Below are positions 1 through 5,594 of a stretch of 17,213 bases of DNA, piece by piece. The number at the start of each line of letters is the position of its first letter. Positions within the stretch are counted from its first letter, which is position 1. The position numbers and the translations under genes are program-made. Source of the DNA: Candidatus Eiseniibacteriota bacterium (lineage in GTDB: Bacteria > Eisenbacteria > RBG-16-71-46). A model generated the notes under the pieces. That model was not told where the DNA came from. It worked only from the letters and a program-made list of their open reading frames with translations, and did no database searches. The stretch spans positions 1-17,213 of the forward strand of contig JANLWX010000136.1 in the NCBI GenBank assembly GCA_031364845.1, written 5' to 3'.

Positions 1-130
1 CGTCGCCGACCTGGAGTGCCAGGGCGGCGAGCGAGATCGAGACCGCGACGCCGAGTGTGACCGCGAGCAGCGCGAGCACGAGTCGGGCGCGGCGCGCGCG
101 CAGCGAGGACCACAACAGCCGGGCGAACAT
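1..130 (-). CDS. ABC transporter permease, FtsX/MacB-type (N-terminal fragment; runs off window edge)
   Basis: Manual translation from ATG at 130: MFARLLWSSLRARRARLVLALLAVTLGVAVSISLAALALQVGD..., the amphipathic helix plus first TM start typical of MacB/FtsX permeases. GGGAG lies upstream of the ATG. It sits directly downstream of the FTR1-DUF2318 gene, as in Fet-type iron uptake operons. Confidence 0.8.
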   Translation of the reverse strand, partial: MFARLLWSSLRARRARLVLALLAVTLGVAVSISLAALALQVGD

Positions 131-206
131 GGTCAGCGCTCCCGGTGGCGCGGGCTGCGGTGCGCGGCGGTCGATCGCGAGACGAGGCGAGCGGACATCG
201 TCGTGC

Positions 207-1469
207 TCAACGCCCCTTCAGATGGGGGAGCACCGCGCGCAGATGGCTCGCGCTGATCACGATCGAGCCAGCGTCTTCACGGTGGACGAGCGGGATCGGA
301 TTGCAGCCGCCGGTGCGGCCGAGTGAACTCAGCACGATCGGCGAGGTGCAGTTGCGGCACACGGCACTCGCGCCGTCTTCGAAGTAGCCGATGTCGCCGC
401 AGATCTCGCAGGCGTCGAAGCAGGTGCTGACCTTGCCGTTCACCTGGATCGCGAAGAACCGGACCTGCCCTTCGGCGAGTGCCGTCTCGTAGAAGTGCAT
501 GTGGCCGTCGGCGAGTGCGGCGGCATCGATGCGCACCAGACTGTCGGCGAGCGCCACCGGAGTCGCAGGCGCTTTGCCTGGAATCTTCGATCCTTGAACG
601 AACGCGACGCTCAGCAGACCGACCACGATCAGTCCCGCGATGCCGAGTCCGCGCCGCACCGTACCTTCTCGCTGCTGTGCCGCGCGTTCGAGCCGCGCAT
701 CGGGGCCCGAGGTCGCGGCCGCCGCGGGCGCGCCGGTTCCGCGGCCCGGTCCGAACAGCAGCCAGCCGGCCGCGAGCGCGACCGTGAGCGTGAACAGCAG
801 CAGCTCGTTCTTCACCAGCGGACCGATGATCGCCATCTCGGCGCGGCTCGCGGGCAGCACTTCGGCTTCGGACAGTTCGTGGAACGCGCCGATCAGGAGC
901 TGGACCGCGATCAGCAGCAGCACGGCCGAGGTGAGCGAGAAGAACGGCTTGAGCGGAATGCGGATCGCGCCGCGCGCGAACATCACGCCGAACACGGTCG
1001 CGATCACGAGCCCGGCGATCGCGCCGAGCCACAGTCCGAGGCCTTCGCTGTTGAATCCGGCGGCCGACAGGAAGATCGCGGTCTCCACGCCTTCGCGGAA
1101 CACCATGCCGAGCGCGAACACGAACAGGCCGAGCGCATTGCCGAAGTCGCCGCGGCCGGTCGCGCGCGTCATGCCGCTCTCGATCTCGGCCTTCATGTGC
1201 GGGGCCGAGATCCACATCCACCACACCAAGCTGATCGTGAGTCCCGCGCCGATCAGCATCACGACGCCTTCGGCGAGTTCCTGGTTGAAGGTGAGCCGGC
1301 TCACCAGCACTGCGCCGATCACCGACAGCACGAGTGCCGCGGCGGTGCCCGCGAACAGCGCCCAGCGAAGGTGCTCGAGGCCACGCTTCTTCAGGAGACT
1401 CAGGGCGATCGACAGAACGAGTGCGGCTTCGACACCTTCACGCAGCGTGATGATCAGTGCTTCGAACAT
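207..1469 (-). CDS. FTR1/EfeU-family iron permease fused to C-terminal DUF2318 (Cys-rich, putative Fe-S) domain, ~420 aa
   Basis: Start re-called at MFEALIITLREGVEAALV (ATG 1469, GGAGG upstream). Two REGVE (RExxE) motifs and multiple hydrophobic TM segments. C-terminal CFDACEIC..GY..CRNC..GGCNPIPL matches the DUF2318 signature. Confidence 0.9.
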   Translation of the reverse strand: MFEALIITLREGVEAALVLSIALSLLKKRGLEHLRWALFAGTAAALVLSVIGAVLVSRLTFNQELAEGVVMLIGAGLTISLVWWMWISAPHMKAEIESGMTRATGRGDFGNALGLFVFALGMVFREGVETAIFLSAAGFNSEGLGLWLGAIAGLVIATVFGVMFARGAIRIPLKPFFSLTSAVLLLIAVQLLIGAFHELSEAEVLPASRAEMAIIGPLVKNELLLFTLTVALAAGWLLFGPGRGTGAPAAAATSGPDARLERAAQQREGTVRRGLGIAGLIVVGLLSVAFVQGSKIPGKAPATPVALADSLVRIDAAALADGHMHFYETALAEGQVRFFAIQVNGKVSTCFDACEICGDIGYFEDGASAVCRNCTSPIVLSSLGRTGGCNPIPLVHREDAGSIVISASHLRAVLPHLKGR

Positions 1470-1477
1470 GCTGGGGT

Positions 1478-2014
1478 TCAGCCTCCGGTGTGGCGGGGAC
1501 GCGGGGAACGGCGCGCGGCGCGGCGTGGCGCCGGACCCGCGAACGGCTCGATGCCGACGAGCGGCGTGTCGATCTGCTGCCACGCGCGGCACGAATGCGG
1601 CGCGCAGAATCCGAAGGCATGCTCGTTGAGCGCGTAGACCTGCGACTTGCCGTCGCGGCGCACGCGCACGATGTCGAGATCGCGCAGGATGCGCAGCTGA
1701 TGCGAGGCCGCCGAAAGGCTGGCCCCGATCACCTGCGCCAGTTCGGTCACGCACAGCTCGCCGAGCGAGAGCGCGAACACCATCTTGCTGCGCGTGGGAT
1801 CGCCGAGTGCCCGGAACGTGCGCGACAGGCGCTCGACCTGCGCGTGATCGTCGAGCGCGCGGCGGATACGCGCGACCTTTGCGGGATCGACCGGCTCGGG
1901 GCGCGGAGTGCTCGGCGCGGCCGCAACCCGGGCGGTTTTGGACGGCGCACGGGCCGGACCCGACGCCGGCAACCGCCCGGGCCGACTTGAACGCTTGAGA
2001 GATTGTTCACGCAT
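1478..2014 (-). CDS. ArsR/SmtB-family metalloregulatory transcriptional repressor, ~178 aa
   Basis: FRALGDPTRSKMVFAL..ELCVTELAQVIGASLSAASHQLRILRDLDIVRVRRDGKSQVYAL is a canonical ArsR winged HTH. Start chosen at ATG 2014, just downstream of a promoter. Its stop is 8 nt before the FTR1 start. Confidence 0.92.
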   Translation of the reverse strand: MREQSLKRSSRPGRLPASGPARAPSKTARVAAAPSTPRPEPVDPAKVARIRRALDDHAQVERLSRTFRALGDPTRSKMVFALSLGELCVTELAQVIGASLSAASHQLRILRDLDIVRVRRDGKSQVYALNEHAFGFCAPHSCRAWQQIDTPLVGIEPFAGPAPRRAARRSPRPRHTGG

Positions 2015-2020
2015 GGCGGC

Positions 2021-2050
2021 AGATTGGACCAAGCGAACGGAGGGCGTCAA
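2021..2050 (-). promoter_or_regulatory. sigma70-type promoter for the arsR-FTR1-ABC operon (likely leaderless)
   Basis: Minus strand TTGACG (2050-2045), 18-nt spacer, CAATCT (2026-2021), 6 nt, then ATG (2014). Confidence 0.55.
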
Positions 2051-2133
2051 GCGGTACAAGTGGTTGACTCCGCCATCCATCGACCCCGATCATCCTGTGA
2101 CCGGGCGGCTCGCATGACCCACGGCGGATACGC

Positions 2134-4119
2134 ATGACCTTCGATACCGATTCGCTTCCGACGCACGCCCGTTCGATCTGGCACGCGTGCATCGCCGCGC
2201 TCGCGATTCTCGTGACGATCGCCGCCGGCCCCGCGGGTGCTGCGACCAGCACACAGGCGCAGGCCGAAGCGCTCTATCAGCGCGCGCTGCGCATGATGGA
2301 GCGGCGCAACATCGAAGGCCGCCAGGCCGCGATCGCCGATCTCGAACAGGCGACACTGCTCGATCCGCGCCAGGCGAACTATCAGCTCACGCTCGCGCGC
2401 GCCTACTACCAGTCGGGATTCCTGAAGAACGCGCGCCAGCGCTTCGAGCGCGTGGTGTCGATGATGCCGAACGACGCCGAGGGCCGCTACGGCCTGGGCC
2501 AGGTGTGGCGCCGCGACTGGCTCAAGTATTTGGAGCCGACGTCGCTCGCACGTGCGATCGATCACTTCGCCGCATGCTGCCGCCTGCGGCCCGATCACAC
2601 CGACGGCTGGATCCTGATGGTGCCGCTGCTGGTCGAGCAGAAGGACGAGCGCGGAGCCTACAGCGCCGCGCAGCGCGCGTTCGCCGCCGACGCGCGCCGA
2701 GCGGAAGCGCTGCTCGCCGTGGCGTACACCGCCTATCGCAACGGTCAGGTCGACCGCGCCGACAGCGCGTTCACCGCCGCGATCCCGCGTCTGCCGCGCA
2801 CCGTGCGCGAACGATTCGACGACATCGCTCCGGTCGCGACCGAACGCGACACGTTCGAGTTGAATCATCTGCCCGATTCCGAGCAGGGCGAGTTCAAGCG
2901 GCGCTTCTGGAAGGATCTCGACCCCGACCTCGCGACCCGCGTGAACGAAGCGCTGCTCGAGTACCGCTCGCGCGTCGCGCACGCGTACTTTCTGTTCTAC
3001 AACCCGAAGCTCAAGGAATGGGATGAGCGCGGCGAAGTCTATGTGCGTTACGGCGCGCCCGAGCGCACGGTCTACAACCCGGTCGGCCAGAACCTCAACT
3101 ACACGCGGGTGAGCAGCGGCCGCACCACCAACGCCAGCATGTTCCCGGCGAACGTGCTGGTGTGGGAGTACCCCGCGCTCGGCATGGCGATCTCGATGCA
3201 GGACCGCACCCTCAACGAGTACTACATGCTGCCGACCAGCATGGATCGCGACAACGACCCGCTGCCCGATCCCGACTCGCTCGCGATGCGCACCGATCAA
3301 CTCACCGCCCGCAGCGGCCGCGGCGTGTTCCCCATGCTGCCGCCCGGCATCGTACCGATGCCGGTGCACGGCACGATCGCGCGTTTTCAAAACGAGTCGA
3401 CTCCGCAGATGCTCGCCCAGATCGAGGCGAGAGGTACGCCCGCCGACAGCCAGTGGGTCGAGTGGGCCGTGCTCGATTCCGCCGCGCAGGAAGTTGCACG
3501 CGGCGGGCGCAACCTGTCGCCCTCGGCGTGCGATCCCGGCGAGCGGCGCGTTGCGGACGTGACCGCGTCACTTCCGCCCGGCCGCTACACCGTCGGGATG
3601 ACCGTGAGCGACCGCCGCGGCCGTCGCGGCGTGCATCGCGAAGAGATCGAGATTCTCGCGGGCCGCGGGAGTCTCGCGCTGAGCGACGTGCTGGTTTCAT
3701 GCGGCGCGCCTTATGTGGGTGCGGGTGGTGCGGGAAGCGTGGCCGTGCGTCCCGAACCCAATCCCTCGGCGACGGTGCGGCCCGGAGAGCCTTTGACCGC
3801 GTACTTCGAGATCTATCACCTGCGCGAAGGCGAAGATGGTCTGGCGAGATTCGAGTACGTCTACTCGGTGAAGTCCGCCGAGAAGGACCCGCGCATCTGG
3901 ATCCAGCGCGCGTTCAACCCGCGCCGCAACCCCGATCCGATCTCCGCGACCCGTAGCGAAGAGCAACTTGGTGCGCTGCGGCGTCAGTTCGTGAGCGTGC
4001 CCGTGCAGTCGTTGCCGCCGGGAAAGTATCGGCTGGAAGTGACGGTGCGCGATCTGGTGGCGGCGACGGAGGCGAAGACGACGGCGTTATTCGTGAAGGT
4101 GAGGGCGGGAGGGAGTTGA
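2134..4119 (+). CDS. Secreted TPR-repeat, GWxTD-domain-type protein, 661 aa
   Basis: Hydrophobic signal-like N-terminus and TPR-like helices (AYYQSG..A..FE......P.DAEGRYGLG). FWKDLDPDLATRVNEALLEYRSRVAHAY...EWDERGEVYVRYGAP resembles the GWxTD domain core. C-terminal Ig-like repeats (LPPGRYTV, LPPGKYRLEVTVRDL). Confidence 0.8.
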   Translation: MTFDTDSLPTHARSIWHACIAALAILVTIAAGPAGAATSTQAQAEALYQRALRMMERRNIEGRQAAIADLEQATLLDPRQANYQLTLARAYYQSGFLKNARQRFERVVSMMPNDAEGRYGLGQVWRRDWLKYLEPTSLARAIDHFAACCRLRPDHTDGWILMVPLLVEQKDERGAYSAAQRAFAADARRAEALLAVAYTAYRNGQVDRADSAFTAAIPRLPRTVRERFDDIAPVATERDTFELNHLPDSEQGEFKRRFWKDLDPDLATRVNEALLEYRSRVAHAYFLFYNPKLKEWDERGEVYVRYGAPERTVYNPVGQNLNYTRVSSGRTTNASMFPANVLVWEYPALGMAISMQDRTLNEYYMLPTSMDRDNDPLPDPDSLAMRTDQLTARSGRGVFPMLPPGIVPMPVHGTIARFQNESTPQMLAQIEARGTPADSQWVEWAVLDSAAQEVARGGRNLSPSACDPGERRVADVTASLPPGRYTVGMTVSDRRGRRGVHREEIEILAGRGSLALSDVLVSCGAPYVGAGGAGSVAVRPEPNPSATVRPGEPLTAYFEIYHLREGEDGLARFEYVYSVKSAEKDPRIWIQRAFNPRRNPDPISATRSEEQLGALRRQFVSVPVQSLPPGKYRLEVTVRDLVAATEAKTTALFVKVRAGGS

Positions 4120-4120
4120 G

Positions 4121-4142
4121 CAACTGTCCGTGCGGACAGTTG
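4121..4142. repeat. 22-bp intergenic palindrome CAACTGTCCG-TG-CGGACAGTTG
   Basis: Perfect 10-bp inverted arms starting just after the GWxTD stop codon (4119). No U-tract on either strand. A degenerate copy is at 4911-4932. Confidence 0.85.
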
Positions 4143-4406
4143 AATCTGTAAACATCGAAAACGATTTCGTTCTTGACGGCTTTGCGAGCGTAATTTCGAG
4201 ACTCCCGCCACCGCCCGCCGTGCCGCGTCGTATTGCGCGCAGATCGCGTGCTCGCGCATTCAATCCGCCCGGCCGCGAAAACTTTCGCGATGCGTGCTGC
4301 GATGCAGGCAGCGTTGATCGCCGAGCGTCGAAAACGCGTGATGTAGAATCAATGCGTGTTCATCGCCCCCGCGACCGGATGCATCGTCGTCATGCGCGGA
4401 GGGATC

Positions 4407-5498
4407 ATGAAGTACGCACTTTCCCATCTCACCCATCAGGTCGTGCTACAGGGCCTCGCGACCCTCGTCGCTCGAGGCTGCACCCACACGGCGGGCCTCG
4501 TTGCCCACATTGGTGAAGTCGACAACCGCAGACTCTTCGTGCCGGCGGCGCATCCTTCGATGTTCTCGTACTGCGTGAACGTCCTGCATTTCTCGGAGCA
4601 GGCGGCGTACAAGCGCATTCGCGTGGCGCGCATGGCGCGCAAATTTCCTGCGATCTATGACGCTCTCGCCGAGGGTCGGGTGCACCTGAGCGGACTGTTC
4701 CTGCTGAAGGCGTTCATGACACGCCGCAATGTGGACGAACTCCTGGCGGCGGTGACGCACAAGAGCTGTCGCGAGATTGAGAAGCTCCTCGCTGAGCGAT
4801 ACCCGCGGGCTGACGTGGCGACGAGAGTGAGGGCGTTGCCGAGGGCGCGGGTGGTCGCGGGGCCCCCTGGTGCGCACCCGGACGTCGTCGCGGCCGGGGT
4901 ATCTCTTGCGCAACTGCCCGCGCGGACTGTCGCATCTTCGGTCCGCAGGACCGAAGAACGGGTGTCGCCCGGGACGGACGCGAGTGCCGAAGGCGAGTCT
5001 GTCGAAGTTCCTTCGGTCCTTCGGACCGAAGAGCGTAAGCCGGCGAAACTCGTCCCGCTCTCGCCGAAGCGCTACGCGCTTCAGTTGACTATGAGCCAAG
5101 AACTGCACGACAAGCTGCGTGTGGCTCAGGCGCTGCTGTCGCACGCAATTCCTTCAGGCGACGTGGCAAGTGTGCTTGAGCGCGCGCTCGATGAGCTCAT
5201 CGCGAAGCTAGAAAAAACCAAGTACGCGGCGACCGACAAGCCGCGCGCAATCAAAGCGAACACCAGCGCGAGTCCGCGGCAGATCCCGGCGCAAGTCAAA
5301 GGCGCGGAGCGGCACTTCATGGAGTTCGATCACGTTGATCCCATTGCCCGCGGTGGCAAGGCCACCGCGGAGCGGATGCGTCTACGATGCCGAGCGCACA
5401 ATCAATACGAAGCCGAACAGCTCTTCGGCGCGGCGTTCATGCAGCGCAAGCGTGAGGAGGCGAAGGCGGAGAGTGCACGCGTCGGGTGCCGCACGTGA
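4407..5498 (+). CDS. DUF222-like / HNH endonuclease-family protein, 363 aa, nuclease core apparently degenerate
   Basis: ATG 4407 with GGAGGG RBS. N-terminal LVAHIGEVDNRRLF...SMFSYCV..LHFSEQAAYKRIRVAR..R.FP..YDAL.EGRVHLS is characteristic of this HNH family. Also has PLSPKRYALQLT and C-terminal EFDHVDPIARGG....RLRCRAHN. Confidence 0.85.
   Translation: MKYALSHLTHQVVLQGLATLVARGCTHTAGLVAHIGEVDNRRLFVPAAHPSMFSYCVNVLHFSEQAAYKRIRVARMARKFPAIYDALAEGRVHLSGLFLLKAFMTRRNVDELLAAVTHKSCREIEKLLAERYPRADVATRVRALPRARVVAGPPGAHPDVVAAGVSLAQLPARTVASSVRRTEERVSPGTDASAEGESVEVPSVLRTEERKPAKLVPLSPKRYALQLTMSQELHDKLRVAQALLSHAIPSGDVASVLERALDELIAKLEKTKYAATDKPRAIKANTSASPRQIPAQVKGAERHFMEFDHVDPIARGGKATAERMRLRCRAHNQYEAEQLFGAAFMQRKREEAKAESARVGCRT
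4911..4932. repeat. Degenerate in-frame copy of the 4121-4142 palindrome (encodes QLPARTV)
   Basis: CAACTGCCCGCGCGGACTGTCG vs CAACTGTCCGTGCGGACAGTTG is 18/22 identical. The preceding bases TTGCG/TTGAG are also similar. Confidence 0.7.
4935..5032. repeat. Inverted pair of 22-bp hairpin repeats (REP/REPIN-like) inside the HNH gene
   Basis: TCTTCGGTCC-GCA-GGACCGAAGA (4935-4957) and CTTCGGTCC-TTC-GGACCGAAG (5011-5031). 4935-4956 matches the reverse complement of 5011-5032 at 21/22 nt, with a 54-nt spacer. Confidence 0.8.
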
Positions 5499-5575
5499 GA
5501 CGCAGTCGCTGGGCAGCAGCGGCCGGGAGGTGCGAGGTCCGATGCTACGGCGGCAAGACTGGAAGCAAAGACGCA

Positions 5576-5592
5576 CCGGCCATTCTGGCCGG
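5576..5592. terminator. Short hairpin between the convergent HNH and arylsulfotransferase genes (possible terminator)
   Basis: CCGGCCA-TTC-TGGCCGG, adjacent to the arylsulfotransferase stop. Only a weak T-run follows on the minus strand. Confidence 0.3.
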
Positions 5593-5594
5593 CG

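Noticed and set aside
870..878. GGACAGTT partial match to the 4121 palindrome arm inside FTR1
   Set aside because: Single short arm explained by the ELSE codons; expected by chance.
1470..1754. 95-aa N-terminal extension of the FTR1 ORF
   Set aside because: Overlaps arsR in another frame; FTR1 homology and the RBS begin at ATG 1469.
2047..3390. 447-aa minus-strand ORF
   Set aside because: Antisense shadow of the TPR/GWxTD gene.
4121..4142. Rho-independent terminator for the GWxTD gene
   Set aside because: No U-tract on either strand, and a related copy lies inside the HNH coding region; kept as a repeat instead.
4911..5032. CRISPR mini-array interpretation of the hairpin repeats
   Set aside because: Only two copies of each unit, the best match is inverted, they lie inside an ORF, and there are no cas genes.
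4120..5594. Classical IS element around the HNH gene
   Set aside because: No DDE/HUH transposase motifs, no matching terminal inverted repeats at both ends, and no target-site duplication found by eye.
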